This document shows positions 51,901 to 64,000 of a DNA stretch of 64,000 nt, piece after piece; positions within the stretch are counted from its first letter, which is position 1, and each line of letters starts with the position of its first letter. The DNA comes from Epiperipatus broadwayi (Eukaryota > Animalia > Onychophora), in assembly GCA_028023455.1 (NCBI GenBank), contig JAQFVV010000008.1, forward strand, positions 6,758,001-6,822,000, written 5' to 3'. Made by a program: the position numbers and the translations under genes. Under the pieces are notes generated by a model that searched no databases, was not told the DNA's origin, and saw only the letters and a program-made list of their open reading frames with translations.

Positions 51901-53379
51901 GACAGATATTTTACAAATGCAAACTATCAGCATCATCTACTATGCAATGGCACAAAATACCTAATTCAGATAATAACATAATTTATGGTAATTATTTTAT
52001 TTTCAAAATGTGAAAATTGTTAATCACGTTTTGGTTAAATAAGTAATATATTAAAAATATAATGTAAGGTAGATGCATTTTAGTTATCTTACTGAAGGTA
52101 TTATTTTATTATATATGATGGGTTATCATTTAATTAAATTGTAAAAGATAAAGAAATATGTCTAATTATTATTTTTTCTAATGGAAATGTTTATAGATAT
52201 ATCCTAGTACATTTCAAGAACAAGTTTGAGTATTTTAATAAACGCTATATGAAAATGATACAATATACACATCTCCAAAGCAATTTCTGCCTTTTGTTTT
52301 CATTAGTAAGAATTTAGAAACTGAAATTAATATGCACTAGTATTTGCTTATACTATTCAAATTAATAACCTAAAATATAAAAAAAAAACTCAAATCTAAG
52401 CCAACTCACTCATATAGTTATATAGATCCAACACTAGGTCAGAAACTATATATTTTAAAGAGCTCGATTTTATGCCAAATCTGCTCCTTTAATTAAAAAG
52501 GTTAATCAGCAAAAAATCACTTTACTTTTTCAGCTTCATAAACATATTTTCAAAAAGAGGTTTCTTCATCCTATTCCAGAGCTGACGGTAAACTTGAATA
52601 ATTAATGAACACCAAAAGATATTTTTATAATATCCATATTCCTGCATAATTTGTTGGTTTTTGCCTTCATCAGCAACGATTTACTATAAAGAAATAAAGG
52701 TAAAAACATAAATGCATTCTTTCCAACTTTAAATCCCATATTCTAAAGGCAAACACCCAAAACTGATCTATAAATGTGGATATTATAGCAGTACTATTTG
52801 TTGTTCATTGACTACTTACTTAAGTTCACAATAGTTTGCTCTAGAATAAAGAGAACTCTTTAAAAGCATGTTTAGTATGTTGAAAAAGTCATATGGGTTT
52901 TGTAGGTCATAACATGTGCATGTTAAAAAAAGTAGCTAAATAAATTTAAATAAGGTCAAATTAAATAATTAGAAATAGTCAAATGAGGAATTTAAATCTT
53001 TTTTTAAGTTGAAAGCATGTTTTTGATTAATCTGTTTTAGTTATTCATTTTAATTAATATTCTCTAATTTTAATCAAAAACAATTAGGACACTTTTTTTT
53101 AGCTTTTTTTATGGATAAGTATAATTGAGTACTAAACAAATGAAATAATGAAGGGAAGGGGATATTTGGATTGAAGTAGTAATTGAATCAAAATAAAAGT
53201 AATTAGATTTGGAATATTATAATGGAAGGACTACAAAAGTCTTTGAACTATTATTTTCCAAAGTAAAGGAAAAGTGGATAATATAAAAGTTGTCCTAGCT
53301 ATTTCATAATGTAGCCTAAGAAGTAACTAAATGCAAAAAGATTAAACTATATTAATAACTTTTTTAATCATTCATTAGA

Positions 53380-53715
53380 CTAGAGATTATCCACTCAATT
53401 AATAATATTTCTGTAATGTAATTTTCACTAAACAACTCTCACACAAGCTAGGTACTGGTTTCTATTCGCTTTTGACAACATGTAGAGGGATGTGATCATA
53501 AACATATGACCAAAGACATGAAAAAGATGTATGATCCGCAAGATGCACATTTTGTGCCGAACCAAGATTTATCCATCAACCTAGATCACAATCTCTTCTA
53601 TATATCTTTATCATTGCTCAGTAAATATAGATAGGCAATTATAACAGTTTAAGTGATAAGTATCAAATTTTCTACCCTCACAATGTTGACACTAACCATT
53701 TAATGGAAGTATATT
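53380..53715 (-). mobile_element. Family C copy (inverted relative to 54955-55271)
   Basis: Begins ctagagattatccac; its reverse complement aligns with 54960-55271, including a decayed HHR region near 53545-53580. Confidence 0.65.
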
Positions 53716-54458
53716 AGTTGTATTTTGTAAAAGTTTTATACAAGTTTGTGCATTCCAGAAAAACTAGAATTTATTAGAGAGATTTTTTTAGATTGTGAAC
53801 TGATAACTGATAAAAATTTAATTAAAGAATTAATGTAATGGCGATCAATAAAATTCCAAGAAATATTTGCTGATTGCAAATATTTCTTAATAAGAGACCT
53901 TACTTTATATGGAGAAGGTAATTAATTGTAGCAGTTATCAGAAAGCTATAAAAAGGGTACGTCACGCCATTCGAGTACATCTCCAATTGACTTGACAGTT
54001 CAATTCCGGTGTAGGAGAGATCTAGTGTCAATGCTTCAGTTAATGTGCATTGCTCAGTGGAAATGTTCACAGGCAATAGCTGAATAGACCCACGAAGATT
54101 GGGAGATCGTAGCCTGAGGAAACTGTCCAGATAGCAGCTAAATGAAGAGTTGAGTTTCCAGTGGTTTCAAGTGGAGTTACAGGTGGATTATTGCAGATGG
54201 AAACTGAAAGGAGCTTAAATTCGATTGCAGTGCTATACTATGATGTGTTTGTATGCAGCTAAACTGGACTGGGGCCAAAGTGTGTGTAAACCGGGCCCAT
54301 TGTGAACTGTTTTGTAGCAGCCAGCCTGAAAGTATATTGTAGGAATTGAACATTAGTGAACTGTTGAGATTGTGTTGTGGCAGACTATTCGCTATTCTGA
54401 TTACTTAAAATATTGTGAGTTTTTTATGTATATATTCATTTGCTAGCCGCCCAGTCAT

Positions 54459-54937
54459 ACTTGGGCTAGAGATTATCCACTTAATGAATAATATTTGTGT
54501 ACTGTAATTTTCATCACATTATTCTCACACAAATTATTTTTATTCACTTTTAGCACTTTGTGGAGGGGGTGTAATCATGAACATATGATCAAAGACGTGA
54601 AAAAGATGTAGAAATCAGTCCTTACCTTATGTGAGTGGTGTTGTGAAAAAACACTACAGAAATATTATTAAATGGATAATCTCTAACACAGCAATTAATA
54701 ACTTGGGCTAGAGATTATCCACTTAATGAATAATATTTGTGTACTGTAATTTTCATCACATCATTCTCACACAAAGTAGGACTTATTTTTATTCACTTTT
54801 AGCACTTTGTGGAGGGGGTGTAATCATGAACATATGATCAAAGACATGTGAAAAAGATGTAGAAATCAGTCCTTACCTTATGTGAGTGGTGTTGTGAAAA
54901 AACACTACAGAAATATTATTAAATGGATAATCTCTAG
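54459..54937. repeat. Family C foldback unit, tandemly duplicated (period 242 bp)
   Basis: acttgggctagagattatcc starts at 54459 and 54701. Each unit ends with the reverse complement of its first ~70 nt (…gaaatattattaaatggataatctcta). Confidence 0.85.
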
Positions 54938-54954
54938 TTTAAGGAATGGCTAAT

Positions 54955-55271
54955 AAAAGTTAATATACTTCCATTAAGTGGTTTGTGTCAAAGTTGTGAG
55001 GGCAGTAAGTTTGATACTTAGGAATTAAGCTGTAGTAATTGGCTATCTATATATATACTGAACAATGATAAAGATATGTGTAAGAGATTGTGATCTCGGC
55101 CAACTGATAAGTGCTGGTTCAGCACAAAATGTTCATTTTGAGGATCATACATCTTTTTCACGTTTTTTGTCATGTTTGATTTTAGCCCTCCACAAGATAT
55201 TAAAAGCAGATAGAAACTATTCCTTACTTTGTGTGAGTGGTGTAGTGAAAATTACAGAAATATTCATTAAG
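54955..55271 (+). mobile_element. Family C copy with inactivated HHR
   Basis: ccaa-CTGATAA-GTGCTG-GTT-CAGCAC-AAAA-TGTTCATT-TTG at 55100-55140; stem II is essentially identical to family B. Confidence 0.7.
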
Positions 55272-55477
55272 TTTAAACTATAATGTGTCTTAATATATAT
55301 TTAATGGAAGACTATAAATTATGGTTATATATAATTGAGTGTAGTTTTGCACCTATTTATGAAAGAATCAAAGAACATTTTTAATTTAGAAGTTACTCGT
55401 AAGAGAAGTAATGCAGCACCAAATCAAAATTAGATTATATAAAATTAGAACTTTTTCTTACAATGGTTTATAAAGTA

Positions 55478-55620
55478 CACCTGTGTCTCATTTTATGTGG
55501 GAGATAGGTTCCACAGAAAACCCGCATTAAAAAAAAATCACACAAAAATAGACTTAACTTACCTTGAAAAATGGGGGATAGGGTCTGTAATTTTCAGAAT
55601 TCGCATAAAAGTAAAACAAC
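55478..55620. mobile_element. Possible pogo/Tigger-like end fragment
   Basis: TA-CACCTGTGTCTCATTTTATGTGGGAGATAGGTTCC resembles pogo-family termini; the other end was not found. Confidence 0.3.
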
Positions 55621-57989
55621 AAAGAAAAATTACTTTAAAATTTGCATTAAAAAAATAAGCAAATAAAGTATGACTAATAAAAAATTTCAAATATTTGAAA
55701 AAAATTAATACAAGACAAACTTTTTTTATTACTATAGTATTTAATTTTTCATACACATTTTAATCATTACCGCTAGCGTTCGTTTGTAAACTGGAAAGAA
55801 ATCAGATTCGATGTGATGTATTGTAGCTTCTCCTTAAACAAAGTCAAGAACCTCTCAGCAATTATGCCCAGAGAAACCTGTTAGCCACTTTATTTTTATT
55901 CGTGATGTACAACTAGTGCCACTTTCAGTCTTATGCTGTATTAATGGTTTTCCGTTTCTATATTAAAAAAATGAGATCGAAATCAAAACAAAAAGATTAT
56001 ACATTATCATTAGAAAGATTATTTTCAGTTTATAAAATCTTCATTTTTTTATTTTAAAAATCTAAAAGATGATTTATTTCTGTTATATATAACAAAATAT
56101 ACGTTTTAAAACTTTAATTTTTTGAATATTTATTGCAATATTTTTATATGTAAGTATAAATCTATTATTATTATTTACTCATTAGTATAAATAGGTTATT
56201 TACATAGAAGCTAAGTTCTAAATACAGCTTCAAGCCATATTCACGTTAGCTGCTAATATAACGTTATATTTTTGAAAAGAAAAAGTATTTCAAGTGAAAA
56301 TAAGTCATTAATAATTTAAATTTCTTGATATCTAATAAATATAGTGAAATATGAAAGATATTAAGAAGAAACATGAATCGCATAACTTCAAAATTGCATT
56401 AAAATAATCCACATAAAACGAGACCCAGGTGTATATGCTATTTGATTGTATAATTTCACCTTAGCATTATAAGTTATAACTATATTTTGTTAATTAACGA
56501 TTTTCATCTGAATATTACCATATATTATTAAATTTATTAATATGTATTTTTACTAATTTCATCTTATTTGGCCAGTTAAATAATAATTTTAAAAAAAAAC
56601 ATTATTATTATTATAAAGATAATACCTTGCTTAATTAAAGTGAATATTACTATAATATATATAAAGTACTTATTTGATCCGATGATCTTGATAAATCAAA
56701 TCTAATATAGCAAAATTATAATTTTGTGAATTTGGATTTTAACAAGTTATTGTTTGTGCTTTGAAGATCATGTTAATTTTTGTTGATCATATTTATAAAT
56801 ATTAAATAAAGAATTATTTTTTCAAATAGTTAGGAATAAAATTAACTACTATGTATTTGTTCTCTACCTAAAGCTTTACAATAAATTGATTTGATAAACT
56901 CAAAGTAGCTGAGAATTTCATATATATGTATGTGTAATTGCATGCATTTTTTAATTATGCATAACACTTCTTGTTTTAGCTAATATGCCAATTTATTGTT
57001 TGTGTTAATATTGTTGTCATATTGCACTTTTTTAATTTATGTATTCTTTTTTAAAAGTTGTCTTTCATGTGATCCATCTATTATAAATGTTAAATAATAT
57101 TTTTATTCAGTTTATGAATAATCTTTACATTAGCCCGGTACCAAATTTTAAACCTTGCTTGAGAATAACATAACAATGCAGGGACACAATGTTGTCTTAA
57201 ATTTCTTTTAACTGAAATAGTATAATAATTCCTTTCCAAAAAAAAAAAAAAACACTCTCCAATTTATGTTATACTGTATATAAGAATGTTAAATGAATTT
57301 TTGGAAAGTTAGTTTATTGACTCTAAAGAGTTTTGTGACAGTATGTAAATATATATTCATTTAAGTATATATGTATAATTATATGTGACTGTATATAAAT
57401 GTACACATATTTGAAATACATTATTTTCAAGGGTTCAAAAGATCCCAACTTTATTTTATATAATATCATCAACAAGTTTATACTGTACATAAATAAATGT
57501 TGAATTTATGCTCAAATCTTATTTTCATATATATTACTTTTTTAAAAAAATCGAGTAATTTCACAAAGGTCTTTTTGTTTTTAATTAATATTGAACATTT
57601 AGTTATCCATCACTTGCAAATTTTATCAAAAATATATATATTAAAATTTTCTTTTTGATTTAAAAATATCAGAACTATTATGTTTTGTGTGTGCTTTCAT
57701 TTTTATGGATTTTTTTTTTAATATTTATATCAAATTCATTCAAATCATTTCCAAGAAAAAATGTATTTTGTTAATAATTATAAATATTTTTATTTTATAA
57801 TTTTATTTTTTTTTAATTTTCAACAATATATATATATTAAACAAAAGCATTTCTCCTTTCTATCTATATTCTATCATTATCTGTTGTATGCTCAAATAAT
57901 ATATGTTTACCAAATGGTGGTGCTTTGGATGAATGGGAGAAAAAATTGATAAATGAAGCAAAGAAAAGAAAGGGACTGATAAAGAAATT

Positions 57990-58830
57990 AATAATGTTTT
58001 CATATAATAAATATGATGTAGCCAGAATTGTATGGGAGTGGCAGTAGCAGGGATAACTTATGGTAACGTGTTATGTGTTAGTAAAGAGGTGTTAGATTAC
58101 TTAGAAAAAATACAAAGAGAAGTAGGAAGACATGCATTATATGCAATGTGTGGACGACAAAGGAGGCAATTCAAGGAGAAATGGGATGGTCATGTTTTTA
58201 TATGAGAGATGCAAAAAGCAAAATGAAAATGTTTGGTAGATTGCAATTTATGGATAATAAGAGAATAGCCAAAATAGTATTTAATTGGGTTATGAATAAA
58301 GAACAGGCAACAAGATGGATGAAAAAGAAAGTATGATATGCAAAAGATTTGAATAAGGAATTTATATCAGTATACATATACAAAAGGTGGGATGATTGTG
58401 TTAGGAGAATTATTAAATGTTATAGTGACAAGAAATGGGATAGAAGAATAGATGCATTAATAAAAAATAGGGAGTTGGAGAACTAGAAGTAAACAGAATA
58501 TTGGGTGCAAGTTAATTTATAATAATAGCAAGGAAAGTAGTTTACTGTTAAGTCTGTTTATGTAAGGAAGGCAGAGAAAATATTAGGCATTTGTTAATTA
58601 AATGTAAATGCCTGCAAGCAAAAAGGGTACATATAATGAAGTTGTAGGAGAATAAATATAAACAAAGTGAGTATACAGAAAGTGGCTTATTGGTTTTTAT
58701 GCTGGGTTTGAGGAAAGATAAAGAGGATTTAGATATAAAGGCCATAGAGTTTACAAAGATTATGTTGTGGAAATGGGTGGGGAATGGAAATGGAAGGTGG
58801 CCAACAGGTTACTCTGGGCATTATGGCTGC
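57990..58830 (+). mobile_element. Decayed 3' part of a non-LTR retrotransposon
   Basis: ORF 58148-58336 TTKEAIQGEMGWSCF..R...K..GRL..MD..R.AK.VF resembles the post-RT region of LINE ORF2. Its 3' sequence (gtggccaacaggttactctgggcattatggctg) recurs reversed at ~16815-16850 and ~55850-55890. Confidence 0.6.
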
Positions 58831-60899
58831 AAAATTTCTAACTCTGAATAACAAGAAGCCACAGTGCATCACATCACAGATAGCATTAGAATAGAGAAAG
58901 GAGTAGTTCTTTTGTTTACTGGGGTAAGCTCAAAAAACAGATGCTGTCAATATTTATTTATATTAATAAATCTTAAATAAGCCAAAACTTATAAGCGTGC
59001 AGAATGTTTGGTATTTACAATTATTATTAACTTTTATTCAATCTGTAAATAAAGCTGAAACAAAAATTATTACTTTTTAATGACAAAATTTTATCATTAA
59101 TTTTTTTATGGTTACCTAAAACTCCTTTTATAAAAACTTAAATTATGAGGAGAAAAAACCTGAGCACGGGAATTGTCAATTAGGGCAAAGCTGAGGAATT
59201 CATACTTGATCAAAAAATTTAAATAGTTGTTAAATGCTGCAAACATTTTTTCCCAATTAATATTATGTCAGGATAATAATTAATAGATTTTTCTCTCCCA
59301 ACTAACATTAAGCATCCACAAAAAAAAAAAAAATCAAGCCATTGCTTCCAAATTGTCATTTTTTCCTAATTTCCCTATCATGTATTAATTTCTTTATACT
59401 TTCTTTCCATTTAATGCAACTTTTTTAAAATAACAAACAGACTTAACTCTAAGAATATGACTCATCTAGATTCTCTTAATTTCTTCATTAAAGTTTTTTT
59501 TATACAAGTTTACATTTTATATATTTCTAATGATTTTTCTTTCTAATCATGTCTTTATTACTAACAATTAAAGCAAGTCTGATTTATTGAAAACTTCTAA
59601 ATTAATCTCTCCTTTAATTTCCTTGATCACTTTGGCTGTTATTAATGATGTGCATGTATTTGAATTCTAAGTAGTCTGTGAAAGTATTAAAAATGTACTC
59701 TTCATAAATATTACATGAAATAATATGTAAATGTTAAGAGATTTACATTCTGTAATGGTTTATGTACTCAGTACTTTCTCAGAGTATTTCTTCAAGCTTT
59801 TCAGTACAGCACTTTCTGGACAATTTTTTATTTTCTTAAGTTATCTTATAAGTCAATTATTTTATATAGTGCGATGTTTTTTAGAAAAAAATTGTTTTTA
59901 GAATAGAATGGAAACAACAGTTTGATTACTAGATTCCTCCTGTGTTAAATCTAATACTCGTTCTTTTATCATTTAACCTCAAACTTTATCAACATCAGAA
60001 ATTACATAATCAGTAGGTTATCTGATGCAATTTTCATATATTTTTTAAATATTCTCTTTATGCTTCTCTTTTTCTCTTTTAAACAAATGTAGTTATCTTT
60101 TTCTTTAAAGCCGTTAAATCACTTATTTCTCTATTTCTTTTTGTTTTCTTTGAAAGCTTTCCACAAAAGAAATTTGTTACTCAAAAAATTATTTAAATAT
60201 TAATATTTTATTTTTAAAAGACTATTATAATCTCTTCACATATCCACAATTAAAAAAAAAAATTAAATAAAAAAATTAGCAATTAATAAAAAATGGTTAA
60301 TTTTAAAAATTTTATATCACAAGCAAATAGCTCATGCTTTTTTAATGCTGCCAAATTCTGCCGAAAATTTAAATAAATAATTATTCATAATTTTGTATTT
60401 AAAAAAAAAAAAATAAATGGTATATTGCTTGGGAGTTCGGTAGAAATTTGAGCACCAGAAGTGATAAGGCAGTGCATACTTGGAAATCCAGAATTCACCA
60501 TTTTTCCATGACATCAAACTAAACAGTGCAGTTTGTATATAGTATGCTTATTTTACATAAATGCAAAATTTCTTAAAAGCAATAATTAAAACATTATTTA
60601 CTTTTATTGAAATGTATAAAAATTATCTGTCAAAAATTAATTTTGACCAACTTGTATCTTTACAGAATTCTAGTTTTTGTAAAAATAAAAAAAAATATTA
60701 ATGCAAAATTTAATAATAAAAAAAATGCTCTTTTTCAGTGATTTCAGAATCAATTTTAATATTGGTCCTAAATTGAATAGACTTTGAATTAAGAAAAAAA
60801 TAAGTTTACTGTTAATTTCATTTTACAATGTGTACACAGACATATATGTAAGGTGCATCAACTGTCTTTTCTGATATTTTGCCAGTTCTGTCCTTAATT

Positions 60900-61900
60900 A
60901 TTATTTTATTTCTGCAACTGTTTTAACCATCTGTAGTATAAATCAAACCTTTTTTATAGTTCTTCCAATTTCTACTTTCTTGTAATGATTCTTTCCTAAC
61001 TTCGTCTGTTTTATGATTCAACTCGTTAATCAGGATTCTATATTTCTTTTTCCAGAATTCATATTTTTTCCCCACCCCTCTTATTTTATTTATCATCTTA
61101 TTATTAATACAAGCCACTTTTGTTCTCTTATAGCTTATTGCCTAAAACATTCAATTTTTCCTTGAATTGCTATCTTTTATTTAAATTTACTTCATCATTT
61201 AGACTCTTATTACTTACGTTTATTTTCTTATCCATTAAGTGAAACTTCTTATTTTAATATTCTCTTATTTAGCTAATTCTTTTTTGATTCAGTCCTTATT
61301 CTTTTAAAAGTTAATTTTAATTCTGCAATTACCCTAAATTGAGATCCAAATAAATCTGTATGAGCTTTTAAGTTCTGCTTTCTTCATACTGTTTCCAACA
61401 CTATTTTGAATAAAAACATAATTTAATTGAAATCTATTATGATCTGGAATTTTCCATTTAAATTCGTTTGTGATTTTTAAACCCTATGTTCATTATTTTC
61501 TATAAAAACGTACTGATTTATTTCTCATGCTCTTCCCCAATACAAAATTACTTTATCTCATTCTCTTCAAAAATTGTTTCAATTTTTATTTCATCAGTTG
61601 CATATATACCTGAATAACGAGATCTCTTGGAAATATCATCCATTATCAATTTATCATTTATTAGATTGTTACTTACAAAACTTTTGTTCTTGGATCTAAA
61701 GCAATAATTATATTATTATGGCTACTTTTACTTTCAGATTAAAATCATATATCTTCACTTTATTTCTCCTCAACAATCCACCTTATTTGACAAAGTCTAA
61801 CAATGTCCAATTTGTTCCTTTTCATCTCTGATAATATATTTATCATTTTCTCTTACTTGGTAATCAGTGACTTTTCTACATTTCTATTCTTATATTTTTT
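60900..61900 (-). mobile_element. Possible decayed LINE fragment
   Basis: Strand-asymmetric composition, short ORF 60923-61117, and a PDHN motif near 61440 reminiscent of the endonuclease SDH motif. Weak. Confidence 0.25.
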
Positions 61901-63053
61901 AAATCTAATGGTTTTACATAGTTGATGATCAGTCATTTAATCGATTTCTAGAACCTATCCTTTGCTGGAATTTTCTATTTACTTCTCTTACCATCTCAAG
62001 CAATAAAAATATCCATCTACATAATAAAAATACAATGCTATTTTTAAAAATACATGTAGACTATATTTTAAATCTGATTACCACTTACAGATTTAATGTT
62101 TATAAATGTCAACATTATTACTTAAATATAGAATTTAAAAAAGACCAAGGAAAAATATCATTAAGTGAAGCATTCATTGATCAAGAAAAACAAAGGGATG
62201 AAAATATAAATGAAACTGGGTGAAATGAGAATTGAAAGGGAGAAATATGAAATTGATCATTAATTGCCAAAATTACATAATTTTGGATGAAATCTAATAT
62301 TCTGCACCAATATGAAAAGAATATTTAATAATATGAATTTGGCTTTGTAAAGAAGTTTGATGATATAATTTTTAACTTTAAATACAAAAATGCCAAGAAA
62401 TCATTGAAAACTGCTCGATTGGTGAACGTTTGGAGAATTTAAATTAAAAATTAATATAAAATAATTGAATTAAGCTTTTTAGAAATGAGACAAGATTTAG
62501 AGATTCTGTTTTATGATCAACATTTTATGATAAGGCTTAAGTTTTTTTTTAAAAACATAGAATTTAAAATACATTAGCAAATCTTTAATTTGGTTAGATT
62601 TACAAAAAGATTATTTATTTGAAGAAAAAGTTTGAGAATTATTAGAAAAAATTTTAAATGCTGTCTTCCTAATTTTAATGATTTGAAAGTTAGATGTCTA
62701 ATGTCATAATTTAGATAGAAAACTCTTATGACAAATTTCATCATAAGCTTTCATCTATAAAATTTCTTAACAAATTACTATAAATGAATAATAAAGGCCT
62801 AAAATCAGGAAAGCAATTGTTATGATTTTTTTTCTCTCTCTCATTACCCATGATGTTTTTGCTCAATTTGAATCTCATTGGCTCAATATTTTTTATCTAT
62901 TATTAAAAATTTGCATTTTTATTACAATTCTATCCTTTTTACATATACAACTTTTAAATATACTGTATATATATTTATTACAACAAATGAAATAGCATAG
63001 TACTTATTACATTCATATAAAAGCCATGTTTATATAAAATTATATGTCTGTAG

Positions 63054-64000
63054 TAGGGTTCGAAATTCGGTAATTTTTTACCGGTAATTAGTGATTTCTA
63101 AAAATAATAAAAATTACCATTACCGGCCTTAAAAACAAAATTCTAATTTATTTAAGTCTGACATAAAGACAATTTTCTTTTAAACATTTTATTTTTTATA
63201 AAAAGGAAAATTAATTTTAGCATCATTTTAAATTTACAAAAAGCAAACAAATTCTATTTCATCCCTGTTCTAAACCTATCTATTTAGTATTTAAGTAGAT
63301 TATAATAATCTAAGACTATATTCAAAATTGAACATGGTTAAAATATTCTCAAGATAAATCCCAACTGTTTCCTCTCCAATATTTTCAAATACATATTTGC
63401 TTTGCTAAATTGCCAAATTAAACTCCGTTTAAAATTTGCTCAAGTATGCACAGTGTGTAGGTATGTAAGTATTGTATCACTGTTATGAAGTTTCATCATG
63501 TTAATTTGAACATTTCTGTAAAGTGCCATTATCTTCTTCATTTTATCAATTATTTTTAACATTTCCCTTCATAATGTCTCAAAAAAATCATAAAAGCATT
63601 AAGAAATTGGCTAAAGAAACATACAACAGACTTTCGACCAGATGCAGAGGAAGAAATTGCTCAAGATGCAATTTCAGATATAGAATCTAAGATAAAGAAG
63701 GTGATCCAATGCTTAAAGAGACATCAAAGAGGTTTCAAAAAAGCTAAATCTTAATAAACATGTTATCTCTCATAACTTTTCTTTAACCAATGAAACGCTT
63801 TTTGAGGCTACTGAAGAGCAATCTCAGCATTTAGAAAAACTGTATCAAAGTTTAAATACTATCAGAGCAACCAGTGTTGAATCAGAAAGAGCTTTTTCAA
63901 GTGTGGGATACTTTGTTTCAAAGATAAGTCATGCTTATCACCAAAAACATTAGATAGTTTATACTTTTTAAAATCTTATTCCACTAAAAATTCTTGTGAA
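63054..64000 (+). mobile_element. Internally deleted/decayed hAT element running off the window
   Basis: Starts TAGGGTTCGAAATTCGG (hAT-like TAGGG terminus). Near 63830-63980 reads HLEKLYQSLNTIRATSVESERAFSSVGYFVSK, then frameshifted LSPKTLDSLYFLKSY, a hATC dimerisation motif. Confidence 0.75.

Overview
Very AT-rich eukaryotic (invertebrate, probably arthropod) genomic DNA. One host gene is supported: a + strand PGAP2/FRAG1-family gene (GPI-anchor remodelling). Four coding exons were reconstructed by hand with consistent phases: 729-993, 29059-29165, 44850-44958 and 45746-45897; the 5' exon(s) lie upstream of the window. The 28 kb and 15.7 kb introns and the downstream region are filled with decayed transposons: two RTE-type LINEs in inverted orientation, two hAT relics, a pogo/Tigger-like MITE and other LINE fragments. 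The most notable content is a set of short, ORF-less, dispersed elements carrying minimal type I hammerhead ribozyme (HHR) motifs with palindromic stem III. Family A has a 454-bp unit, family B a ~474-bp unit, and family C shares the B ribozyme core. Several family A insertions are flanked by 10-13 bp target-site duplications. Most also show the same architecture: an inverted piece starting at a fixed point, a microhomology junction, then a sense piece ending at a fixed 3' end. This resembles non-autonomous Penelope-like elements or animal retrozymes. No autonomous partner ORF was found in the window. All alignments and folds were done by eye; coordinates of decayed repeats are approximate.
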